Below, one piece after another: positions 37,202 to 45,773 of a DNA stretch of 64,000 bases. Both the position numbers and the translations under genes were made by a program. Under the pieces are notes generated by a model that was not told the DNA's origin, ran no database searches, and saw only the letters and a program-made list of their open reading frames with translations. Position 1 is the first letter of the stretch, and each line of letters starts with the position of its first letter. This stretch comes from a virus (taxonomy: Duplodnaviria; Caudoviricetes), in the IMG/VR virus record IMGVR_UViG_3300028588_000015, positions 1-64,000 of that record; one strand, given 5' to 3'.

Positions 37202-37203
37202 AT

Positions 37204-37234
37204 GGTGGAGGAGGCAACTCCTCCACCTATGCCG
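37204..37234 (+). terminator. Hairpin with TATGCCG flank
   Basis: GGTGGAGGAG-GCAA-CTCCTCCACC then TATGCCG. Confidence 0.65.
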
Positions 37235-37260
37235 GAAAATATACGAAAGAGGACAATCTG

Positions 37261-37560
37261 ATGAGTCAGGTACAAGTGTTAATCGGCAGTGTGCCGCTGA
37301 ACCAAGAGCAAGCAGACGTGGCCAAAACGATGGCCGACATTATGTTTAAACGGTCGCACAGCTTTATGACCAGTTACTATGGGTGGAAGCAATCCAAGGT
37401 GGACGAGCAGTTGAACTATCTGCTCAGGAGTGCAGAGATCTTGCGGCTGTTTGATGGCACTTGGACGCATCCAGCAATCCGGTTTGCAGGTGACAAAGCC
37501 AAACTGAATGGGACGATCGAAGAGGTGTTCGGTCCACCCCACAGTCCTATCGAAGCGTAA
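37261..37560 (+). CDS. Hypothetical protein
   Basis: 99-aa ORF, GAGG RBS. Confidence 0.7.
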   Translation: MSQVQVLIGSVPLNQEQADVAKTMADIMFKRSHSFMTSYYGWKQSKVDEQLNYLLRSAEILRLFDGTWTHPAIRFAGDKAKLNGTIEEVFGPPHSPIEA

Positions 37561-37580
37561 CAATAAAGAAGGAGAAAGAA

Positions 37581-37841
37581 ATGAAGGTCATGCTTTATAA
37601 AGGGGATATTTTCCAGAACAACCCGAACGCCACTGCATGCGTGGCAATCTTGGAACATTGTCGCATCCGTGTCGAAACGGTCCAAGATACTGGTGCATTG
37701 CTGCGCATTTCCAAAGGAAGCAACCACCCTTTAACCGGTATCGCCATTGTTAGCGAAGAACCTGGTTCACCGGTGATCAAGAACTTCGTTGCACTGGTGA
37801 AATGGATTGAAGAACGTGGGCTTATGCCAGCAAATATTTAA
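37581..37841 (+). CDS. Hypothetical protein
   Basis: 86-aa ORF, AAGGAG RBS. Confidence 0.7.
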   Translation: MKVMLYKGDIFQNNPNATACVAILEHCRIRVETVQDTGALLRISKGSNHPLTGIAIVSEEPGSPVIKNFVALVKWIEERGLMPANI

Positions 37842-37852
37842 AGGAGAATGAC

Positions 37853-38314
37853 ATGTTATCAGACACTCTAGCGGATGCATCCGAAGACATCAAAGACGCT
37901 CTGAAGCGTTATCCGGATATGTATTTACCTTGGCACCACCAAGAAGCCAAAAGGCTAGCGCGGGAACTACGCGAACTAAGCGATGAGGTTGGCAACAATC
38001 CGGATTACTGGAAATTTGCTAACCCAAGAACGGGCCAACACCAAGTGGTCATCGACGGTCACATCCTGTCGAATAAGCATGCCAACTTTGTCGTTGAGGC
38101 AATTGAACAACAGCGCGATGACTCGTTCAACCATTTGGCTTTTGGCGAACCCGATGAAGAAGAAAGGGTGCGGTTGGCGCCCGGTGTCTTATCGTTGGCC
38201 GAAGTGATCCATAAAGTGTTGCCCAGCCACGACCTTGCCGGAATCTATTTCGACGGTAAGGGTGAAGCTTATTTCAGTTACGAACCACTTGGGGATCTCA
38301 ATCCGTCCAAGTAA
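37853..38314 (+). CDS. Hypothetical protein
   Basis: 153-aa ORF, AAGGAG RBS. Confidence 0.7.
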   Translation: MLSDTLADASEDIKDALKRYPDMYLPWHHQEAKRLARELRELSDEVGNNPDYWKFANPRTGQHQVVIDGHILSNKHANFVVEAIEQQRDDSFNHLAFGEPDEEERVRLAPGVLSLAEVIHKVLPSHDLAGIYFDGKGEAYFSYEPLGDLNPSK

Positions 38315-38316
38315 CA

Positions 38317-38369
38317 CGGCATAAAAAGCGAGGCTAACCCCTCGCTTTTTTCTTTGTCCTTTTATGCCG
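38317..38369 (+). terminator. Terminator flanked by CGGCATAA/TTATGCCG
   Basis: AAAAAGCGAGG-CTAACC-CCTCGCTTTTT. Confidence 0.8.
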
Positions 38370-38385
38370 ATTCCAGAAAATTATG

Positions 38386-38406
38386 GTCACATATTCTTTC
38401 GGTGAG
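38386..38406 (+). promoter_or_regulatory. CACATAT-N7-GTGA promoter-like motif
   Basis: GTCACATATTCTTTCGGTGAG upstream of the gene at 38460. Confidence 0.6.
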
Positions 38407-38459
38407 TTAGAGCATTTAACTCTATTCGTTTTCAATTTAACCACTGGAGAATAGCAACT

Positions 38460-39143
38460 ATGACGACCATTATCTACAAGAATGGCAAACTTTACGCCGA
38501 CAGCCGCGTGACCTATTTCCGTCAAGAAGAAGATGGAACCAAGGTACTGGATAGCGTAGTCAACGATGTTCAGAAGATCATTGAACCTGACAACCTGTAC
38601 ATTGGTAATCGTAAGGTGCTCGCTTTGGCATGCGCTGGCGATATTGCGTGGACCAAGTACTGCACAGCCATGGATCAGGAAGCAGCTAAGCATGGCGAAA
38701 GTCTCGATATTTTGAACAAAGATTTCTACTCATCCATGTCGTTGTTTGCAGGGTTCGATACGCAGATGATCGCGGTAACGCCGAGCCGTGTATTCCTCAT
38801 TACCTTCCAATTTTTGAATATGACCTATCAAGAGGTCATCCCGACCTCATGGATCGTCATCGGTAGTGGGGTGGAAAATATCCCCAACCTCGGTGACACG
38901 GTGCTAAATGTGTCGGCCGAAATTGGCATGGCTGACGCAATCATGCATGACGAGGGAACTGGCGGTCCAGTAAGTTTTTGGAGGTACGGCCGAAAGGGTG
39001 TGCGGACGCTTGAACTGAACGCGGAGTACTCGTCGTTTACCCGCAAGATGGTGCGTAAGCTGCGTACTCTGCGCAATATCAAAGATGTGTGCTCGATCAT
39101 CAAAGCCCGCATCAAGGTCTATCCGAAAGCGCAGTACGCGTAA
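38460..39143 (+). CDS. Ntn-hydrolase (HslV/proteasome-beta-like) protein
   Basis: N-terminal M-T-T-I..LYADSR, IGSG and D..TGG motifs. Confidence 0.65.
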   Translation: MTTIIYKNGKLYADSRVTYFRQEEDGTKVLDSVVNDVQKIIEPDNLYIGNRKVLALACAGDIAWTKYCTAMDQEAAKHGESLDILNKDFYSSMSLFAGFDTQMIAVTPSRVFLITFQFLNMTYQEVIPTSWIVIGSGVENIPNLGDTVLNVSAEIGMADAIMHDEGTGGPVSFWRYGRKGVRTLELNAEYSSFTRKMVRKLRTLRNIKDVCSIIKARIKVYPKAQYA

Positions 39144-39190
39144 TAAAGGGCAGGGGGAGTATTCCCCTTACTTAACAAGAAAAAGGGGGA

Positions 39191-39601
39191 TTGGCAACTA
39201 TGGATTTCGATTTTGTATTTACCGATGAAGAGTTGGACGCAGCGATCCTTGAAGAAGATCACTGCAAAACGGTAGCCCATCTCTGGCACGATCAGATGTG
39301 CACCGGGAACCCAGACGGCACGGACGTGCTGGCACTGCGCTGGCCGATCGGCCACCTTGGGATGGAACGGATGGACGTCATCTTCTTGGATTTCGATACC
39401 CGCTGCCATCTGTCGCTCGTGAAGAATTTGAAGCGGGGTGCTTTCAAGAAGTTGTGGCCGGAACTGGTGGCGTTTTGCCGTGAACACGGCGTGCAGGATA
39501 TCACCCTGTCTGACAGCAACACGCATTCGCGTGACATCTGGGGTGAGTATGGTTTTAGCGGATACAAGGGCTATCAAGTTCGCATCTATTACATCGACTA
39601 A
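39191..39601 (+). CDS. Possible GNAT-fold acetyltransferase
   Basis: GAFKKLWPELVAFCREHGVQDITL..N..SRDIW..YGF resembles GNAT motifs A/B; TTG start. Confidence 0.45.
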   Translation: MATMDFDFVFTDEELDAAILEEDHCKTVAHLWHDQMCTGNPDGTDVLALRWPIGHLGMERMDVIFLDFDTRCHLSLVKNLKRGAFKKLWPELVAFCREHGVQDITLSDSNTHSRDIWGEYGFSGYKGYQVRIYYID

Positions 39602-39621
39602 AGAACAGGAAATTGTCAGCT

Positions 39622-40536
39622 ATGGAAAACACGAATAATGAAGAAGTGAACGCTGCCGCCGACCCGCAAGAATGGTGGTATGCATCCGGTCCAGTTTCGA
39701 CGATGCGTGGCCACACGAGCATGGCACCGGTCGGGATGATGTGCTGTTCCCACGAGGATCGCCCCGCCATCAAGCGGGTGCAGGGTGAAACCGACTCGTT
39801 CGGGGCAGAATACTTTGGCGCTTGCCAAGAATGTTTGGATGAACTCGCCAAAGACGATGGTACCTATACCGGTACTTGCGACTGGTGCGAGGCCGAATCG
39901 GACAAGCTGCGCGAAACGCGTGACTACGAGGAAGGTATGTCCGGGCCGGTGTATGATGTTTGTCCCGGCTGCCGGCAGAAACAAAATGATGCGGCGGCTG
40001 CGGAACTGGCTGAATACGATAACCGCGACGAGGACGACTACGGCACCGATGGCGATGAACCCGATGAACCGGAACATCCAGTGCCGTACGAAGACCACAA
40101 CGGGTATATCTCCACGAATGCCGAACGCAAGCTGCCGGGCTTGTATTTCTTTGCGCGTACGTATCCTTGCGGGGTGAGACACCACATGATGCAGGTAACG
40201 GTCAGCATCGAGGATCCTTATATCGCCGTTAAACTCTTGCGCGAAAACAAGGCGGGTGTTCGCCAGACGCTCATGCATGTGGTGCATGAGTTGTACACCG
40301 ATCAAATGTACCAACGGCATGACGGCAAAGAGGTGTTGCCGTGGGATGAAAATATCGGTGATCGTCTGTTGATCAATTTCATCCATGAAGTAGCGTGCAA
40401 GCTTCGTCCTTACGATCAACAGCGCAAAATCAATCACGCTGTGGGCGATAGGTCGTTACTGGCCGCAGTGGTAATGCGTTATAAAACCAAGAACAGAAAA
40501 ATCACCTATCCTGTTCAAGCATGGCCGTTCCCGTGA
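39622..40536 (+). CDS. Hypothetical Cys-rich protein with acidic linker
   Basis: Three CxxC pairs (CQEC, CDWC, CPGC); D/E-rich middle. Confidence 0.7.
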   Translation: MENTNNEEVNAAADPQEWWYASGPVSTMRGHTSMAPVGMMCCSHEDRPAIKRVQGETDSFGAEYFGACQECLDELAKDDGTYTGTCDWCEAESDKLRETRDYEEGMSGPVYDVCPGCRQKQNDAAAAELAEYDNRDEDDYGTDGDEPDEPEHPVPYEDHNGYISTNAERKLPGLYFFARTYPCGVRHHMMQVTVSIEDPYIAVKLLRENKAGVRQTLMHVVHELYTDQMYQRHDGKEVLPWDENIGDRLLINFIHEVACKLRPYDQQRKINHAVGDRSLLAAVVMRYKTKNRKITYPVQAWPFP

Positions 40537-40598
40537 AGTAAAAGAAAAGGCGGTTGAACCGCCTTTTTCAATCAACGATAAAGAAAGAAGAAACTATC

Positions 40599-40736
40599 AT
40601 GAACTACGCACAAAATGAATTCAGCAAGTCGCAAGCCAAAGCTCGTCTTGAGAAAAGCCACAGCTGGGTGAACTTCATCGCTGCCGTTGTTGGAATCGCT
40701 GTATGCGTCGTAATGGCGGTTCGCTGCATTCACTGA
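40599..40736 (+). CDS. Small membrane protein
   Basis: 45 aa with a hydrophobic C-terminal helix. Confidence 0.55.
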   Translation: MNYAQNEFSKSQAKARLEKSHSWVNFIAAVVGIAVCVVMAVRCIH

Positions 40737-40748
40737 GAGGAGGAAACG

Positions 40749-41201
40749 ATGGCTGACAACAAGAAGGATAAGAGGTACCTTGCGTATCTTCGCAGAAAGC
40801 TGAAACTTCAGCTGCAAGTGTTCAAATCCACTGTCGTCGACCTTCGACCCATCTGGAAGGTGTGCGAGGAATTCAAAGTCACCGAGAAACAAATTCGGCT
40901 CTGGACTTCTGAAATCAGTAGTATTCTCGAGGAAGAATTCCATGACTGCGTGACCTTCAGTGGTCGATATGCGAGCCGCCCTAAGCACTTTTTAAAGCAT
41001 AGGGTAGATGTGCACCAGGGCATTGCTTCTAAGGATGTTCTGGGTACGGGAAACGAACGTACATACATTCCAAATGAGGATACGTGGTACGGGGAAACAT
41101 GGCCGTACTATCTTGAAGACATGCGGGAAGACAGTGGCGTGTTTGCGCACCTTCTCTATCTTTTTCGGCTGGCCGAGCGTAAAGAAAATGAATCCAACTA
41201 A
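40749..41201 (+). CDS. Hypothetical protein
   Basis: 150-aa ORF, GGAGG RBS. Confidence 0.7.
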   Translation: MADNKKDKRYLAYLRRKLKLQLQVFKSTVVDLRPIWKVCEEFKVTEKQIRLWTSEISSILEEEFHDCVTFSGRYASRPKHFLKHRVDVHQGIASKDVLGTGNERTYIPNEDTWYGETWPYYLEDMREDSGVFAHLLYLFRLAERKENESN

Positions 41202-41216
41202 TCAAAAGAAACTATC

Positions 41217-41465
41217 ATGAAGAAACTTGATCCTCTCAAGTGGTTTAAGTACAGCTACGTGGCCGAAGTAACCTGTGTTGACGGCACCGTAGTACCGGTG
41301 TCGGGTACGACGCTCCTTACTACCGCAATGGAATCGCCTCTAGCTGACCATGAGTATCTGGTTAAATGCGGTATCCTTCTCAAGCATTTTCAACCCGGCC
41401 AAGCAGTCGGTACCAACAATGTCAAATTGTTGGAAATGAAGTTCATCGAAGAGAAGACGGAATAA
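41217..41465 (+). CDS. Hypothetical protein
   Basis: 82-aa ORF. Confidence 0.6.
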   Translation: MKKLDPLKWFKYSYVAEVTCVDGTVVPVSGTTLLTTAMESPLADHEYLVKCGILLKHFQPGQAVGTNNVKLLEMKFIEEKTE

Positions 41466-41468
41466 AAA

Positions 41469-41538
41469 GCATACCGAGGAGGCACCCCACAAGGGTGACC
41501 TCCTCTTATGCCGCGAAAAGAGCATTGCTCTTTTTTTT
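41469..41538. terminator. Tandem hairpins between convergent genes
   Basis: GAGGAGG-CACCC/GGGTG-CCTCCTC with TTATGCCG at 41506-13, then AAAAGAGC/GCTCTTTT. Confidence 0.7.
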
Positions 41539-41542
41539 TGTC

Positions 41543-42001
41543 CTAATGGACCCAGTATGGTGGAATGTACACCGTAATCTCGATCGGCAAGGGATCGAGA
41601 ATCTTGCGTACGACTGGTTCGACTTCTTCCCACCACAGTAACCCACCATTTCCACACCCTGGCGGTGGCATCGCCATCGAGGTAATGCCGTACTCTTCAT
41701 ACTTGGCCGCAATGTCCTTCAATGCGGTTCGCACCCACTCCACTTTGGAGGGAAACCGCCAGTGCTGCTTCGTGGGCATGCAAAGAATCTTGACACCCGA
41801 TACATCATCGTAAATGAAATTGCGATGTTTCATGAAGAAGTAGTCACGACATGCACGCTTGTACGCTTGAAACATATCTGGGTAGCGGGCTTTGAATTCT
41901 TTGGCCACACCCGCCCCCATGACACCCACGGTATTGACAGTACATACCAAGGTTTGCGCTTTACTGCTAAACAGATCACCACCTACGATGGATACCGGCA
42001 C
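41543..42001 (-). CDS. DarG-like macrodomain (ADP-ribose hydrolase)
   Basis: GDLF..VCTVNTVGVMGAGVA..FK..PTKQHWR..PPPGCGNGGL.W matches the DarG-type macrodomain, including the PTK lysine. Confidence 0.85.
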   Translation of the reverse strand: MPVSIVGGDLFSSKAQTLVCTVNTVGVMGAGVAKEFKARYPDMFQAYKRACRDYFFMKHRNFIYDDVSGVKILCMPTKQHWRFPSKVEWVRTALKDIAAKYEEYGITSMAMPPPGCGNGGLLWWEEVEPVVRKILDPLPIEITVYIPPYWVH

Positions 42002-42026
42002 AATCTCTCCTTACCGATTAAACTAC

Positions 42027-42347
42027 TTACACTGGTGGCAGTGCTGCACTGTCACGCGCTTGTTTTTCTTTGCACTCTTGAAGAATGATCTCACACTGCT
42101 CACGGGTATGTGACATGAACGTTTTAAAGTTCTCTCCCGTGTACTTCAATACATCAAACGCCATGAAATCTTTCAAGCGTCGTTGGAAACCACCCCCGAC
42201 AGAACTGTTCTCTGCCGGGTGTAGTAACATAGGCGCAAGTGGGCTGACGCCAGGTTGTTCGTGGTCGAAAATCCTGAAGATTGTTTCGTAACGTTCCCGC
42301 ATGAGCAGTTGCGTGTCCGACGACAACAGTTTTGGTGTCTTTTGCAA
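42027..42347 (-). CDS. Conserved small protein coupled to the baseplate-hub assembly-like gene
   Basis: 106-aa ORF directly downstream of the 42434 gene. Confidence 0.6.
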   Translation of the reverse strand: MQKTPKLLSSDTQLLMRERYETIFRIFDHEQPGVSPLAPMLLHPAENSSVGGGFQRRLKDFMAFDVLKYTGENFKTFMSHTREQCEIILQECKEKQARDSAALPPV

Positions 42348-42433
42348 AACACTGGCAATCTCTTCACGGATTGCCAGTGCAAAGTGCTTATGCTCACCAA
42401 AACTCGATTGCGCTATGTGTATCCTGCCAGGCC

Positions 42434-43939
42434 CTAGTCCCGCAGCCCCAGACGTGCTACCTTCTGGAGCAGAAGGATAAAAAAAGTCGACATCGTGTCC
42501 AGTACCAGATAGTTCGGGAACTGTTGCATCTTGTTCGACGATTCGTCGTAGTCACCTCGGGTCACTGCCACCACCGAAATGGTGGAGTCTTCTGCGAACT
42601 TTTGGATATGGTCGAAGAAGGCTTCGTTGTGTTCGTCCGAACCGCTGTACACATCGAGATTGTTGTCGATGTCTTCGCGGTCGTCGATCACGTCCGAGCC
42701 AAGGTGGATGGCCTTGACCCAGTGGCCGAACTGGCGCACGTTGGTGGCTTTGCCGAGCTTTTCGATGTGTTCGATGCGCTTGGTTTCATTGGCAGCCAGG
42801 CCGAGCGCCTTGTCGACCATCGTCGAGATGCCGTTGACCCACTTGTTACCGCTCTCGAGGTAATCGGCGATCGATGGCACAGCGAGTTCGAAGGCGAGGT
42901 TCTCGTTCACCGTGACGCGGCGGGTGGCGCCGCGCAGGAACTGTTCACGGTAGAGACGAATGGTTTCGAGGTTCACCTTCTGGCCGCGTTGCTTGGCCAT
43001 GTGGTTGCGCTGGCGGTCCGTCAGGGCCAGGTTGTCGGTGATTTGTAGGCCGCCCAGTTTCAGCAGGCCGCTTTCTTCGATGTACGAACCATCTTCCGGT
43101 TTGATCTTGGTTCGGCTGTAGGGGAAACCCTGCGGCCAGATCGTGTAGGCCAGACCCCAGATCAGGATCGGCAGGTCCAGGCAGCTGATGACTTGGTGGT
43201 ACGAGCGTTCGTTTTCGATCAGGTTGCTGTCGTGGATATGGTCGATTACGAAGTCGGCGAGGATGCCGGCGAAGATGGCCGAGTTGTTACCGAAGACGAC
43301 ACCATGGGTGGCGCGGCCAAGATTTGCCTTCTCTTCGGTTAGGCGTCGTTCCAGCTCGACCAGTTCGGTTTCTTCCGGAGCCATGAGGGTGACCCAGATG
43401 CCGGTGTGGTACAGCGGAAAGCTGAAGGTCGTGCCTTGGCCGGTGGCTTGGCGCATGCGCATCATGGCGGCTTCGCCGGTCAGCTTCTTGCCATCGCCCG
43501 CAAGCCAGTTGCGCGTGCTCGCCGCCAGTTTACCGTTTTCGCTCGGCACTTCCTGCATCCAGAAGCTCCCCGGACGGTAGGTGACTTCGGAATACCAACT
43601 GGCCGCCGGCAGCATGAACAGCGATTCACGGAAGCTTTCCATGAACTTGCGACCGGACTCGGATTTGGCGTAATCCTGGTTCGGCATCTGGTTCAGCTTG
43701 TCGACAGTTTCGTTGCGCGTTTCGTTCGGGACTTGGAGCCGCACGCTGTCCGGGCGCGGTTCTTTGGTCGGTTCGATGAAGATGTCGCGGGTTTGTTCAC
43801 CGGTGGGCGTTACCGCCGGAGTTTCGGGCACGTCGGTTTTGGCGATGCTGTCGGCGCCCGTGATCGGATACGTGGTCGTCAAACCGTTATTCGTATCTTC
43901 GACTTTGAGCGAGCCAGCTCGATTTTCTTGTTCGGACAC
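42434..43939 (-). CDS. Conserved phiKZ-like protein (baseplate hub assembly-like)
   Basis: GTG start at 43939 with AGGAG RBS; strong codon bias; function tentative. Confidence 0.65.
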   Translation of the reverse strand: MSEQENRAGSLKVEDTNNGLTTTYPITGADSIAKTDVPETPAVTPTGEQTRDIFIEPTKEPRPDSVRLQVPNETRNETVDKLNQMPNQDYAKSESGRKFMESFRESLFMLPAASWYSEVTYRPGSFWMQEVPSENGKLAASTRNWLAGDGKKLTGEAAMMRMRQATGQGTTFSFPLYHTGIWVTLMAPEETELVELERRLTEEKANLGRATHGVVFGNNSAIFAGILADFVIDHIHDSNLIENERSYHQVISCLDLPILIWGLAYTIWPQGFPYSRTKIKPEDGSYIEESGLLKLGGLQITDNLALTDRQRNHMAKQRGQKVNLETIRLYREQFLRGATRRVTVNENLAFELAVPSIADYLESGNKWVNGISTMVDKALGLAANETKRIEHIEKLGKATNVRQFGHWVKAIHLGSDVIDDREDIDNNLDVYSGSDEHNEAFFDHIQKFAEDSTISVVAVTRGDYDESSNKMQQFPNYLVLDTMSTFFILLLQKVARLGLRD

Positions 43940-43944
43940 GGCAA

Positions 43945-44769
43945 TTACTCCTGGGTGATGACGGTATGAACGAGTTCGCCTTGTTCGTTTGTGGTGACAA
44001 TGGCGATGCTGGTCTTGTCTTCGCCGGCGCCCGGATCGATGCCGACAGCACTTTGGTTGCTGTTCTTCCAAGCGGCTTCGTCAATCTGGAAGATAGGTGA
44101 GTTCATGCCGCGCGGCAGCGGCGGCACAGCTTCCTTCGTCTCGGTGGCTTCTACCGTCGAGATGCCTTGGGCTTCCAGTTCAGCCGTCTTGGCCGCTTCG
44201 GCGTCCGCCATCTTCTTCATCAGGATACGACGACCTTCGTCGTACATGGCACCCAGTTCGGTGATGGTGCGTTCCAGAATGCCTTCCATCTTGGCCTGCC
44301 ATGCGGCGTAGTGTTCGGCGATCTCGATACCGGCGAAGGTTTCGCGCGGGCTGGTCTTGTCGTCGCCGCGGTGTGCGTGTAGGTCGTGGATGGCGTCCAG
44401 TTCCGACTTCAGGGTCTTGATGTCGTTTTCCAGGATGCGTACGCGGTCGGTGAACTGCCCTTGGTCCACGATGTGCATGCGGATGTTGGCGTCGCTCAGT
44501 TCTTGTGCGACTTTGATGCCGATGCCGGCCAAGCCTTGGTTCGATTTGGTGTACAGCTTTTCCAGATCGGACCACAGTTCGCTGTTGTTGCCGCTCAGGG
44601 CTTTCTCTTCTTCGACCTGGCTCAGGCGCGCCAGTTCTTCACGGCGCATTTTTTCCAGCGGGTCTTTGTCGGCTTCTTGGGCAGCGCCGCGTGCTGCTTC
44701 TTTTTGCGCCGACATGGCGCGGGCTTGTTGTGCATCCCGTGCGAGACGGCTATTGCTTTTCTTGGTCAT
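43945..44769 (-). CDS. Conserved hypothetical coiled-coil protein
   Basis: ATG at 44769 with GGAG RBS. Confidence 0.75.
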   Translation of the reverse strand: MTKKSNSRLARDAQQARAMSAQKEAARGAAQEADKDPLEKMRREELARLSQVEEEKALSGNNSELWSDLEKLYTKSNQGLAGIGIKVAQELSDANIRMHIVDQGQFTDRVRILENDIKTLKSELDAIHDLHAHRGDDKTSPRETFAGIEIAEHYAAWQAKMEGILERTITELGAMYDEGRRILMKKMADAEAAKTAELEAQGISTVEATETKEAVPPLPRGMNSPIFQIDEAAWKNSNQSAVGIDPGAGEDKTSIAIVTTNEQGELVHTVITQE

Positions 44770-44927
44770 GTCTGACTCCAAATGGTTTTGTAAGAAATGA
44801 ACGCAAATCATCTGACTCCAGGATGGAGATGCAGTATAAGGATTTGCGGTATTCGGTGATGCGTGTTTAACAAAAAATCAGCAGTCTCCGCTACTCTATT
44901 TCAATCATCAATATTTTTCGACATACA

Positions 44928-45773
44928 TTGGAGCAACACATGCTCGACATGCATTCTAAGTTCTTGACGGACGCAACGACCGCAGAAATGAAGGTCGTGA
45001 TTGACAAGGCGTACGCTATTTTATCGGTGATGGGCAATTCCGGACTTGACGATAGTCTGGAAGAAATCATCATGCTCGACAGCATCAGCGACACGGGCGA
45101 GACGGTCACACGCATTACTAATATGTTGCGCGATATGCAAGACACTTTGCTGGTGCAACACGAAGTCTACGTGGTTGACGGCACGCCACTGGATGTCACT
45201 ACGTCGCTACTGGAAGGCCTCTTGGCGCTACCTGAGTACGAGGACATGGCCACAGTCTACCGCATCGCCACGCTTGACCAAGATCCCGTGGAGGGCTTTT
45301 GCCAAGCCATGCAATTAGTCACGCCGTACGCAGCCGACAATCTCGTCATGAGTTTGGAAAGCGTTGGCGGTAGCTTGTTGCGCCGGATGCGGGAAATTGC
45401 AGGCACCCGTGAAGAAGAAATGCTCTCGGAAGAAGAGCGCATCGAACGGGCCAGCCACATCAGCAAGATCAACCAGTTCTGCCGTTATACCCGTTCCCGT
45501 CATTACCGCATGATTGATATGCTCCAAGATGGCTGGAGTGTCGGGTATCCATTCACTGTGTACGCCGACGATGTGGGTCGGGAGTTCGAAGGGGTGGTGC
45601 CAGAACAAATCGCCAAAGAAATGATCCTGATGGCGTTCGCATCCAGCGACGGTGCAGTTAACCCGCGCGCGGTTATCAAACCCAACATGGAACGTTACAT
45701 TGCCAGCATGAACGTAATGACTCGGGTCGATATCGAAGTCAACAAGCTGTTACAAGGATTTGAACATGAATAA
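44928..45773 (+). CDS. Conserved hypothetical protein (gp79 position, probably virion)
   Basis: 281-aa ORF, TTG start, coupled to the vRNAP subunit. Confidence 0.7.
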   Translation: MEQHMLDMHSKFLTDATTAEMKVVIDKAYAILSVMGNSGLDDSLEEIIMLDSISDTGETVTRITNMLRDMQDTLLVQHEVYVVDGTPLDVTTSLLEGLLALPEYEDMATVYRIATLDQDPVEGFCQAMQLVTPYAADNLVMSLESVGGSLLRRMREIAGTREEEMLSEEERIERASHISKINQFCRYTRSRHYRMIDMLQDGWSVGYPFTVYADDVGREFEGVVPEQIAKEMILMAFASSDGAVNPRAVIKPNMERYIASMNVMTRVDIEVNKLLQGFEHE

